A stretch of DNA of 64,000 bases from a virus. The stretch lies in the IMG/VR virus record IMGVR_UViG_3300045988_109200, positions 25,243 through 89,242 of that record. One strand, written 5' to 3'. How positions within the stretch are numbered: position 1 is the stretch's first letter; the number at the start of each line of letters is the position of its first letter. Under the pieces are notes generated by a model, which worked only from the letters and a program-made list of their open reading frames with translations, was not told the origin of the DNA and did no database searches. Below, in pieces: positions 26,404 through 35,595 of the stretch. The translations under genes were made by a program, and so were the position numbers.

Positions 26404-27504
26404 ATGGCAGATAGAATTTTTAACCTTCCTCAGACCCGTGGTTCTTTTGAAATGGCTGGTAAGGTCACCGGCACCCAGCGTAGCAACTTCTATAACGAGA
26501 AGGAGACTAAGAGTGGTGTTATGCGCCGTGTCCTGAGCTTTGGTATTCAGACTTCCAATGAAAACACTTTCTATGTTGATCTGGCTGGTATGCCTCGTGA
26601 TAAGGTTTACTTCTTCCGCCGTGCCGATAAGGACAAGGGCATCGAGAAGGATAAGAAGGAAGTCGCTTGGAAGGATCGTCTGACTTATGTTGCACCGGAA
26701 GGCTACGACATGATTGGCGTTAAGGTTGGTGTTACCAAGAAGACGAATGAGTCTGGTAAGGTCGTCAACGACAACAAGACTCTGACCGACTTCGATGCAG
26801 CTAAGGAGATTTCCGAGAACCTGCATGACGGTGACAACGTGTATGTCCGTGGCAACATCGAGTACAGCACTTACAACGGCAAGCACCAGATTCGCTTTGT
26901 TCCTACTCAGGTTTCTCTGAGCTCTAAGGAAATTGACTTCGATGCAGAGGGTTTCGAGGAGCTGGCTCTGTTTACTCAGACCATTGTTTACACTGGTTGC
27001 CGCAAGAGCGATGAGTGCGATGAGGTAGTTGTCGATGCAAAGATCGTGAACTACAACACCATCGAGGATGCAGAGTTCTTCATTGACTATAAGGCAAACA
27101 CTCAGAATAAGGTTCTGGCTGATTCTATTCGTAAGCGTCTGAAGTCTTATACTAGTTTCGAGTGTTTTGGTCCCATCGTTAATCAGCAGAAGGTTGAGGA
27201 AGTTGAGACTGAGAATATCTGGGGTGGTCCTAACAAGATGAAGCGTCAGAGCACTCCGGCAGTTCGTAAGCTGTATATCGAGGGTGTTAATCCTGATTCC
27301 TTTGATCCGAATCCCGGCGATAAGGATGCAGAGTCTACCTATACTGAGGACAATATCTCCGAGGCACGGGCAAAGATTGCTGCCAACGCTCAGGCTAAGA
27401 AGGACTTCGATGGCAAGGCAGCTGAGAACGATACTTCTTGGTGGGGTGGTTCTAACAAGTCCACTGTGACTTCTGCTGATGAGGAAGATATCAACTGGGG
27501 CTAA
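26404..27504 (+). CDS. putative ssDNA-binding protein (366 aa)
   Basis: position ahead of recombination/replication genes; acidic C-terminal tail ending DEEDINWG; strongly biased codon usage; no diagnostic motif, so tentative. Confidence 0.35.
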   Translation: MADRIFNLPQTRGSFEMAGKVTGTQRSNFYNEKETKSGVMRRVLSFGIQTSNENTFYVDLAGMPRDKVYFFRRADKDKGIEKDKKEVAWKDRLTYVAPEGYDMIGVKVGVTKKTNESGKVVNDNKTLTDFDAAKEISENLHDGDNVYVRGNIEYSTYNGKHQIRFVPTQVSLSSKEIDFDAEGFEELALFTQTIVYTGCRKSDECDEVVVDAKIVNYNTIEDAEFFIDYKANTQNKVLADSIRKRLKSYTSFECFGPIVNQQKVEEVETENIWGGPNKMKRQSTPAVRKLYIEGVNPDSFDPNPGDKDAESTYTEDNISEARAKIAANAQAKKDFDGKAAENDTSWWGGSNKSTVTSADEEDINWG

Positions 27505-27518
27505 AATTTTTTAACCAT

Positions 27519-27539
27519 TAGCTATATTAAACAGGATAC
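27519..27539 (+). promoter_or_regulatory. conserved 21-bp motif copy TAGCTATATTAAACAGGATAC
   Basis: about 15 nt upstream of the 27555 gene. Confidence 0.45.
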
Positions 27540-27554
27540 ATAAGGAGTTTTGTT

Positions 27555-27848
27555 ATGCAAAATACTCTTGAATATACCGCATATAATGGCATGAAATTTT
27601 ACATTGTTTATATCGATGCACTTGAAAAAGAGCCAGAAGAAGATTCTCCCATGATGTCTATTGTGTTCACTACGCATCCTGAAATTATCGCAGAAGCTAA
27701 AGCTGACGCGGAATGCAATGATGGTGCTGTTCCGGTGGGGTGCAAGGATCTTCTAGTTGACAGTGTAGATAATATCACTCGTCAGTTGGATTATGTTGCT
27801 CATGCTGTTGAAACGGGTGATCCGTGGTATGAGTGCTTGAAAGTTTAA
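27555..27848 (+). CDS. hypothetical protein (97 aa)
   Basis: ORF track. Confidence 0.45.
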   Translation: MQNTLEYTAYNGMKFYIVYIDALEKEPEEDSPMMSIVFTTHPEIIAEAKADAECNDGAVPVGCKDLLVDSVDNITRQLDYVAHAVETGDPWYECLKV

Positions 27849-27881
27849 TAAAAGAAAAGATTTAGAGAGGAATTTACATAT

Positions 27882-29042
27882 ATGGCTATTGTTTGTGATG
27901 CATCTGCTATTCGTAAGAAGCTTCGTATGCTTGTGTATGGTGAGCAGGGGACTGGCAAGTCTCGTTTTGCTATGCAGTTCTGCTACATGAAGACTCCTGA
28001 AGGTCGTCCGTTCCGTGTTCTGTATCTGGATACTGAGTCTGGTTCTATCGACGATTATCGTGAGGAACTGATGGAGAATGGGCTCGACCCGATGAATCTC
28101 CGTATCGTTTATACTCAGTCTCTCGCAGAGGTACAGGATTTCATCCATACTGTTGCAGATAATGAGGACTTCGAGGATGAAGATGGTAACGTTTGGCTGG
28201 ATGCAGATGGCAAGCCTTTCCGTGCTGACGCTATTGTTGTTGACTCCGCAACCATTCTTAATCTAACCACAAAACAGGGTTTGACCAATTTCTCGCAGAA
28301 GCGTGCAAAGGTTAAGGCTGCAGCACAGGGTCTGACCGGCGATGAGAAGTCGGTGAAGATTGAGGGTGCTGGTATGGAACTGAAGGATTATCAGCAGCTG
28401 AACTTTAAGGGTCAGTCCCTGATTCTGGATCTGAATGCAACTGGTGTGAGTTACATCGTCATTTGCCGTGAGAAGGATGAGACTGAAACCAAGCTGGTGA
28501 ATGGTTCTTCTGTGAGCGTTTCTACTGGCCGCAAGATTCCTGATGGCTTCAAGGGTCAGGAGTACAATGTCGGCACCGAGTTCCGTATGTATCATCCCGG
28601 CGATGATAAGTCTATCAACTTTGCTTATTTTGATAAGGATCGTACCGGTGTTCATAATGGCGGTGAGGTTGTCGAAGACCTGACTCTGCTTGAGTATCAG
28701 GAGTATCTTGACCGCTCTGCAAAGAACCGTGAGGTCATTATCAAAAATGGTCTGAATGATGCAGTTAAGACCGAGATGAAGCTTCGTGCTCGTGAGCTTG
28801 GTCTTGACGACAATGATATCAGTGATGATGCTCCTGCAGAGAATACTTCCGAATCCAAGGAGCCTTCTCTGGACGACATCAAGGCAAAGCTGAACGATCT
28901 GATTGCTTCCGCTTCTCCTGTGAAGAAGAGTGCAGCACAGAAGGCAGTTAAGGCGGCTGGCCTGTCTACCGCATTCCGTTCCATGACTGACATCGAGGAA
29001 CTGAAGAAGGTTGCCGCAATCATGGAGAAGGAACTGGCTTAA
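27882..29042 (+). CDS. RecA-fold AAA_24/Sak4-like ATPase (386 aa)
   Basis: Walker A YGEQGTGKS; Walker B-like IVVDSATIL. Confidence 0.55.
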   Translation: MAIVCDASAIRKKLRMLVYGEQGTGKSRFAMQFCYMKTPEGRPFRVLYLDTESGSIDDYREELMENGLDPMNLRIVYTQSLAEVQDFIHTVADNEDFEDEDGNVWLDADGKPFRADAIVVDSATILNLTTKQGLTNFSQKRAKVKAAAQGLTGDEKSVKIEGAGMELKDYQQLNFKGQSLILDLNATGVSYIVICREKDETETKLVNGSSVSVSTGRKIPDGFKGQEYNVGTEFRMYHPGDDKSINFAYFDKDRTGVHNGGEVVEDLTLLEYQEYLDRSAKNREVIIKNGLNDAVKTEMKLRARELGLDDNDISDDAPAENTSESKEPSLDDIKAKLNDLIASASPVKKSAAQKAVKAAGLSTAFRSMTDIEELKKVAAIMEKELA

Positions 29043-29734
29043 TGGAACTAACCCGTAAATGCAAGATTTGCGGGAAGAACATTTTCATCGAGCGAGACCG
29101 TAGCACGTTTTTCTACGACAAGACTGGTTTTTACCATAAGGATTGTTTTGTAGAAAAAAAGAAAAATCAAAAACGCCCTTGGACAGATGACCTGCTAAGG
29201 GCATTTTTTGACAAAGTGAAAGACACTACGGACAAAAAGGTCGATGACCTTCTTTCCAAAAAGAGAGAACAAGACCACAATCGTGAGCTTGCACGTATTA
29301 AACAGGAAGAGAAAAAGATTCTTTTCGACCATATTCGAGATACATACGCCCCGGCGGTTGTTCCGGGTAGCTTCTACTCGAAACTTACGCAGTTGATTTC
29401 CGGTAATTATTACAAGTATAGAGGTTCTATTCCTCCGCTAGAACTTTACGATATGTGGGTTCTAGCGAAACCCCGACTAGATAAAATAATTGCCGAGAAA
29501 GAAGCAAAGGGTTGTGATATGAGCCAGAGATGGAATTACGACTTGGCTGTTTTGTTATCTCAATATCCTAGTTATCTCGAACGAAAAGAAAGACTAGCTT
29601 CGATTCGCAGTGAAAGCGAAGGCAAAACGAAGGAAAATCTGACTGAAACGGTACTGAAACGGATGAAAACAGCACCGAAACAGAGTAAAAACGAGAATGA
29701 AATTGATATAAGTGCAATTCTCGATGAGATATAA
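29042..29734 (+). CDS. hypothetical Zn-binding protein, possible helicase loader by position (230 aa)
   Basis: CKICG...HKDC; directly upstream of the DnaB-like gene. Confidence 0.4.
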   Translation: MELTRKCKICGKNIFIERDRSTFFYDKTGFYHKDCFVEKKKNQKRPWTDDLLRAFFDKVKDTTDKKVDDLLSKKREQDHNRELARIKQEEKKILFDHIRDTYAPAVVPGSFYSKLTQLISGNYYKYRGSIPPLELYDMWVLAKPRLDKIIAEKEAKGCDMSQRWNYDLAVLLSQYPSYLERKERLASIRSESEGKTKENLTETVLKRMKTAPKQSKNENEIDISAILDEI

Positions 29735-29751
29735 AAGAGGGAGGTGGATGA

Positions 29752-31275
29752 GTGGAACTCATTTCAAATATCCCGAACGAAATTCTATTTGTTGGCGCAA
29801 TTTACAAGCATCCTGACTATCTGGTCGAGTATGGGCATTATGTCAAGAGCAAGTACGATTTTGCTGATGAAGCAACAAAATTTTTCTACGATGCAGCGTT
29901 AATTATTTACGAAACTCGAACTCAAGAATTTAATAAAACGTCTGTTTTAACGTTTATGGCTGAAGACGAGTCCAGATTGTCCCAATATAAGCGGCTGAAG
30001 GGCTGGTCAACCATTGAATACTACATGAATCTTGCGAATGACGATGATATCAAGGGATATTTCAATATCCTGAAGAAATATTCGCTACTTCGTGAGTATC
30101 AGAGAAACGGATTCAACATTGAAGGAATCTTGAAGCACCGGCAGTTTGAAATGTTTGGTGCTCAGGACATTTATAAACTGATTCGTGGCAAGGCCGACAA
30201 GATCAATACGGTTATCATTACAAACGATGATGCTGAGATTTTGAATAACGGTCTGCTGCCGATGGTTAATGAACGTTTGAGTGTTCCTGATATGGGCTTG
30301 CCGTTCCAGTATCCTATCATGAACGATTTGTTCCGAGGATTGAAGCTGGGCACCGTGATGTTCAATGGTATGCCATCTAATGCTGGTAAGACTAGATACA
30401 TGATGGCGATTGTTGCATACGTCACATTGGTTCAAAAGCAAAAAGCACTCCTGCTGCTGAACGAGATGGATCTTGAGTCAGTCCGATATTGCTTACTGGT
30501 CACCGCCATCAATAATCCTGAGTTTCAAGAGTTGCATGGTCATCGTTTCCATAAGGACGAGCGAGAAATTACCCTTGGAATGTACCGGGATGCAAACGGA
30601 AATTTCATCTTCCGAAAGCAAAATGAAGATGGAGAATACATAGAAAGCATTGATGAGTTTACCGCTCGTGTCTACGAAGAAAGCGAAGAATACCGCAATG
30701 TGCTTGATGTTTGCCAGTGGATTGAGAACGAATCACAAGGCTTGATTATCGCAAAAGATGTTTCTGCCGATTATAGTGATAAGTCCCTGCGATTTGAAAT
30801 TCAGAAGGCAGCTCTCACGCAGGGAGTTAAGTATGTGTTCTATGATACTTTAAAGAACGATATTGCATCTATTGGTGAATGGGCAGCGTTTAAAGTCACA
30901 GCCACAGAGCTTGAAGAGACTGCGAAAAACCTGAAGATCTTTATCTATGGTAGTATTCAGTTGGCCGAAAACGCTCATGAGTATCTTCCTGATGAGCTGA
31001 ATTCAAACAACATTGCTGAGTCAAAAATGATTAAGCATGTTGCTTGGACGATGGTTCTGTTCAAGGAGATTCCAAAAGATAAGTTCGCGAAGTATCAATA
31101 CATCTCTCATGACCCTGAGTGGGGCGGTGACTGTGCCCATCGGCTAAATCCAGATAAGCGGTATTACGTTGGAAACATCGATAAGAACCGCTTTGGTGAG
31201 AAAAAGAAAATCATGTTTGAAGTGAATTTGAATCAGAATATTTGGAGAGAGGTCGGTGTCTGCACCAGAAAGTAA
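29752..31275 (+). CDS. DnaB-family replicative DNA helicase (507 aa)
   Basis: GTG start after agagggagg; Walker A GMPSNAGKT; DnaB-like N-terminal domain. Confidence 0.6.
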   Translation: MELISNIPNEILFVGAIYKHPDYLVEYGHYVKSKYDFADEATKFFYDAALIIYETRTQEFNKTSVLTFMAEDESRLSQYKRLKGWSTIEYYMNLANDDDIKGYFNILKKYSLLREYQRNGFNIEGILKHRQFEMFGAQDIYKLIRGKADKINTVIITNDDAEILNNGLLPMVNERLSVPDMGLPFQYPIMNDLFRGLKLGTVMFNGMPSNAGKTRYMMAIVAYVTLVQKQKALLLLNEMDLESVRYCLLVTAINNPEFQELHGHRFHKDEREITLGMYRDANGNFIFRKQNEDGEYIESIDEFTARVYEESEEYRNVLDVCQWIENESQGLIIAKDVSADYSDKSLRFEIQKAALTQGVKYVFYDTLKNDIASIGEWAAFKVTATELEETAKNLKIFIYGSIQLAENAHEYLPDELNSNNIAESKMIKHVAWTMVLFKEIPKDKFAKYQYISHDPEWGGDCAHRLNPDKRYYVGNIDKNRFGEKKKIMFEVNLNQNIWREVGVCTRK

Positions 31276-31284
31276 GGAACTACA

Positions 31285-32307
31285 ATGGTAAATATCGCAG
31301 ATCTGAAAAATTACATTCTTGAAGAACAGCAGATTGAACCGATTCTGGAGGAACTTGGTTGTCATCATATCAGTCACAAGACTGGTTATTACCAGTGTGC
31401 AAATCCAGATGGTGACAATAGAACGGCACTCTGTATCTACGAGAATGAAAATCTTACTGCGGTAGATTACACACGAGATATTGCCAATGGAAAGACCAGT
31501 TATGATTTGATTTCTGTCGTCCAGTTCTTTCTGGAACTGTCTTTCCCAAAAGCTATTAAGCAAATCTGCGAATGGGTTGGACTTGACTACTATCACAACT
31601 TCGAGGAAGACCTTCCTAAAAGTATGTTGATTCTAAAAGAACTCATCGCCATGCAAAGTGAAGGTGAAGAACACGAGGATGACCGTCCGATAGTCCCAAT
31701 CTCCGAAGCCATCCTCGGTTATTACAAACCTTATGTGAACCAGATTTTTGCTGACGATGGGATATCTTATGAGACGCAGCAGGAGTTTGAGATTGGCTTT
31801 GATGAACTGACAAATAGAATCACGATTCCAATCAGAGATGAAATTGGTACTCTGGTTGGTGTAAAGGGAAGATATTTTGGCAAGCCGCCTGAAGGTGAAT
31901 TAAAGTATCTATATCTTGAGCCGTGTGCCAGAAACCGTATTCTGTATGGCCTGTATAAGACAGAGCCGTACATTAAGAATGAAGGTCTGGTATATGTTGG
32001 TGAAGCTGAAAAGTCTGTCATGCAGATGTGGAACATGGATGTCTACAACTGTGTGGCGACTGGCGGTAAGAAGGTTTCACAGAATCAAATTGAAATTTTA
32101 ACACGTCTTTGCGTTGATATTTGTTTTGTATTTGATAAAGACGTTCAGCTTAGTGAGCTTATGGTTCTCGCTAATCGATTTGTCGATGGCGTAAGTGTGT
32201 ATGCTGTAGTAGATGATAAAGGGATTCTGGATGAAAAGGAAGCCCCGACTGATAATCCTGAAAAATTTAAGGCATTGATTGAAAACTGTGTTAGGAGAAT
32301 TAAATGA
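31285..32307 (+). CDS. DNA primase (zinc-binding N-terminus plus TOPRIM), 340 aa
   Basis: CHH...C zinc motif; LVYVGEAEKSVMQMW TOPRIM-like; DKD motif. Confidence 0.6.
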   Translation: MVNIADLKNYILEEQQIEPILEELGCHHISHKTGYYQCANPDGDNRTALCIYENENLTAVDYTRDIANGKTSYDLISVVQFFLELSFPKAIKQICEWVGLDYYHNFEEDLPKSMLILKELIAMQSEGEEHEDDRPIVPISEAILGYYKPYVNQIFADDGISYETQQEFEIGFDELTNRITIPIRDEIGTLVGVKGRYFGKPPEGELKYLYLEPCARNRILYGLYKTEPYIKNEGLVYVGEAEKSVMQMWNMDVYNCVATGGKKVSQNQIEILTRLCVDICFVFDKDVQLSELMVLANRFVDGVSVYAVVDDKGILDEKEAPTDNPEKFKALIENCVRRIK

Positions 32308-34046
32308 ATGTAAAACTCTGGAAGGGGAGTAGGAACGACCTATCAGACCCGATTGGAACGATTATGGAGAACAGAGGGGTTGAGGATTATAAGACCTACA
32401 TGAACCTAGATGATTCTTGTCTGAATTCTCCGTGGGAACTGGACAACATGGAAGATGCTGTCCGGCTGTTGAACAAACATATCTGGAATAAGTCTATTAT
32501 CTCTATCCTTGTAGACTGTGATGTGGATGGATTCACAAGTGCTTCAATGATGTTTCAGTATTTGAAGACGATTGGTTATTTTGGAAAAATCAATGTTCTG
32601 CATCATAGTGGCAAAGAACACGGACTCTCTAAAGAAATTGAAGTTCCACCTGAAACTACCTTGCTGATTATTCCTGATGCTGGCAGCAATGATGTTGAGC
32701 AGTGTAAGGAACTTCGTGATAATGGCATCGATATTCTGATTCTTGACCATCACATCTGCGACAGAGAGAATCCTTACGCAGTAATCGTCAATAACCAGAA
32801 TGGTACATATCCTAATAAGGAATTGTCTGGCGCTGGCGTGGTGTATAAGTTCCTTCAGGCTGTTGATGAATATAATTGGACTGATGTTGCAGACAGGTAT
32901 CTTGATCTAGTGGCCGTCGGAAATATCGGTGACGTCATGGATATGCACTCACACGAGACAAAGCGCCTTTGCACGAAAGGTCTTGCGAGAATTGTGAATC
33001 CAATGATTTGCGCTCTGGTTGAAGCGAATAGCTTCAATATTAAGGGTGACCCGACTATCAATGATGTTCAGTTCTACATCGTTCCGATGATGAATGCACT
33101 GATTCGTGTTGGTTCATCCGAGCAGAAGAAGCGGATGTTCCGTGCAATGGTCGGTGAGGAACAGACATTCCAGTACACTCCGACTCGTGGCAAGAATGCC
33201 GGTGTCACGATTGACGAGACTCTGGCACAGCATGTAGCTCGTGAGTGTTCGTCTTGCAAGTATCAGCAAAACAAGACCAAAGACAAGGCTGTCGCAGAGC
33301 TTCAAAACTGGATTTCTAAGTATGGAGCGGACAGAAGTAAAGTTTTGTTTTGTAATTCCACTGGCATTCTGGACAGTAATTTGACTGGCGTTGTAGCAAT
33401 CAAGTTGGCTGAAATGTATGGTAAACCTTGCGTACTACTTCGAGAGATGGCCTGCCCTGAAGAGCCAGACGAGAATCAAGAGTATTTTGGTGGTTCAATG
33501 AGAAATCCTGACGGTTCTCCGATTGAAAGTTTAAAAGAGTTTTTGATGAGCACCGGAGATTTTGAGTCGGTTCTTGGTCACGATAATGCCGCTGGCGTAA
33601 AAATCAAGAAAAAAAACGTACCAAAGGCGATTGCGGATTGCAATGAACTGCTTAAAGATGTCACGATGAGTAAGGCGATCGTGGTCGATTTTGATTTTGA
33701 CTATAGTAAGTTGACTGTTGCATTGCCGAAGACCATGTATGAAATGCATAAAATCTGGGCACAGGGAATCTCCGAACCGTATTTCTACATTAAAAACATT
33801 CCGCTGATTCATAGTGGATGTGCTCCGATGGGCAAGAATGGTAATATGTGGAAATATTCTGATGAAGAAAAAGGCATTGATTTTGTGTGCTTTGCTGATA
33901 ATGGCCGGATGATTGGCTGGATCAACAATGACTTTTATGGTGATCAGGAAGAAAAATACATCAATGCTGTATGCCGGTTATCTTTAAATCAGTACGGGAA
34001 CAAAGTAACTCCGCAGGCGCAGATTGTTGATTTTGAGGTGATTTGA
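32304..34046 (+). CDS. DHH-family phosphoesterase (RecJ-like), 580 aa
   Basis: IPDAGSNDV...ILILDHHI DHH motif; GGS motif. Confidence 0.6.
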   Translation: MNVKLWKGSRNDLSDPIGTIMENRGVEDYKTYMNLDDSCLNSPWELDNMEDAVRLLNKHIWNKSIISILVDCDVDGFTSASMMFQYLKTIGYFGKINVLHHSGKEHGLSKEIEVPPETTLLIIPDAGSNDVEQCKELRDNGIDILILDHHICDRENPYAVIVNNQNGTYPNKELSGAGVVYKFLQAVDEYNWTDVADRYLDLVAVGNIGDVMDMHSHETKRLCTKGLARIVNPMICALVEANSFNIKGDPTINDVQFYIVPMMNALIRVGSSEQKKRMFRAMVGEEQTFQYTPTRGKNAGVTIDETLAQHVARECSSCKYQQNKTKDKAVAELQNWISKYGADRSKVLFCNSTGILDSNLTGVVAIKLAEMYGKPCVLLREMACPEEPDENQEYFGGSMRNPDGSPIESLKEFLMSTGDFESVLGHDNAAGVKIKKKNVPKAIADCNELLKDVTMSKAIVVDFDFDYSKLTVALPKTMYEMHKIWAQGISEPYFYIKNIPLIHSGCAPMGKNGNMWKYSDEEKGIDFVCFADNGRMIGWINNDFYGDQEEKYINAVCRLSLNQYGNKVTPQAQIVDFEVI

Positions 34047-34047
34047 T

Positions 34048-34395
34048 ATGGGAAATTGGAAACGTGCTATCGCCATCGACTTTGATGGCACTCTCTGTGA
34101 AAATAATTACCCTGATATCGGTGAGCCAAATTGGAATGTCATTTATCAAGCAATTCAGGAACAGAAACACGGTGCTGGTCTGATTCTCTGGACTTGCCGT
34201 GAAGGAAAGCTTTTGTATGATGCAATGGAGGCTTGCTTTGATTGGGGCATTCAGTTTGATGCAATCAATGAGAGTCTTCCTGAGTGGAAAGAGCATTTTG
34301 GCACTGCTCCTAGAAAGGTTGTAGCTGATGAATATTGGGATGATAAGGCTAAGGTTGTAAAAAATGGAGAGTTGATTGACAATGCTGATGCCTGA
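34048..34395 (+). CDS. HAD-superfamily hydrolase-like (115 aa)
   Basis: AIDFDGTL motif I. Confidence 0.5.
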   Translation: MGNWKRAIAIDFDGTLCENNYPDIGEPNWNVIYQAIQEQKHGAGLILWTCREGKLLYDAMEACFDWGIQFDAINESLPEWKEHFGTAPRKVVADEYWDDKAKVVKNGELIDNADA

Positions 34396-34567
34396 ACAGT
34401 TTGAAGCAGACGTTAAAGAATTTATCGCAGAATGCCAAAGCCATCCAGTGATAGATTTATCAAAAGATGATCCATGCGAAGGATGTCGCTTTGAGGACTT
34501 TTGCGATAGGTTTTATCCGGGCGATGGTAGCACATGGCATTGGCGAGTTTATGAGAGGGGTGAATGA
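34376..34567 (+). CDS. hypothetical protein (63 aa)
   Basis: ORF track. Confidence 0.35.
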   Translation: MTMLMPEQFEADVKEFIAECQSHPVIDLSKDDPCEGCRFEDFCDRFYPGDGSTWHWRVYERGE

Positions 34568-35329
34568 ATGGTTTACATTACAGGCGATATTCATGGCGAT
34601 TTTAATCGTCTCTTAGAGTTAAATAAATTTTGCATTAAACACAATCTTGGAAAGAATGATTGGATTATCTGTCTTGGTGATGTTGGTCTAAACTATTATG
34701 GTAAGGATAACATCAACGAATGGAGAGTTAAGACCATTGCTGCGGACATCCCTGCGAATTTATTCTGTATTCATGGAAATCACGAACGCCGCCCGTCTCG
34801 TAAGGATGGTTATAGGACAAAGGAAATCAGTGGAGATATTTGTGGTAAGGTGTGGCATGATTCACATTATCCCAATCAGTATTTTGCTATTGATGGCGAA
34901 GTTTACCAGATTCTTGCTGATAGGGAAATTCTGAACTGTCTTGTTTGCGGCGGAGCATATTCTGTAGATAAATATTATCGGTTGGAACGTGGATGGAACT
35001 GGTGGCCGGACGAACAGCCTAATGAGAAGACTAAGAAAAAGATCTGGAATATTACACATGACCCTCAAATCGATGATATTGATGTTATGCTCACGCATAC
35101 CTGTCCATTTCGGTTCATTCCAACTGAATTGTTTATCGGTGGTATTGATCAAAGCACAGTAGACCAGTCAACTGAAATATTCTTTGATAATATATACGAA
35201 TGTTATCCTAACGATTGTAAACCATTCTGGTACTTCGGCCATTTCCATGGCAACAAGTACACCGATGACTATGTGATGCTTTTCGACGATATTATTAAGT
35301 TTGGAGATAAGGTGAATACGAATGAGTGA
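34568..35329 (+). CDS. calcineurin-like metallophosphoesterase (lambda-PPase-like), 253 aa
   Basis: GDIHGDF, LGDVG, HGNHE motifs. Confidence 0.6.
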   Translation: MVYITGDIHGDFNRLLELNKFCIKHNLGKNDWIICLGDVGLNYYGKDNINEWRVKTIAADIPANLFCIHGNHERRPSRKDGYRTKEISGDICGKVWHDSHYPNQYFAIDGEVYQILADREILNCLVCGGAYSVDKYYRLERGWNWWPDEQPNEKTKKKIWNITHDPQIDDIDVMLTHTCPFRFIPTELFIGGIDQSTVDQSTEIFFDNIYECYPNDCKPFWYFGHFHGNKYTDDYVMLFDDIIKFGDKVNTNE

Positions 35330-35564
35330 ATATCATGTGAGCTGTGGTATGTTTGGTATTTACGCAGGAACTGTTAAAAAGAATGGAACCGAATGGAAGG
35401 ATAAAACTCGTGTCACGGATGAAGCTATCGAGGCAGTTCGTGATTGGCTTCTTTCTGAAGCTCAGTTCAACAATAGAACTTTTGGTGGATACACATGGAC
35501 AACAAAGGACGGTAAGACTGTAACTTTGAGAGTGTCTATCGAAGATAAGGAGCAGACAGAATGA
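35322..35564 (+). CDS. hypothetical protein (80 aa)
   Basis: ORF track. Confidence 0.4.
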   Translation: MSEYHVSCGMFGIYAGTVKKNGTEWKDKTRVTDEAIEAVRDWLLSEAQFNNRTFGGYTWTTKDGKTVTLRVSIEDKEQTE

Positions 35565-35595
35565 ATTTAAATAGTATGAAAGGTGGTGTTGCCTG

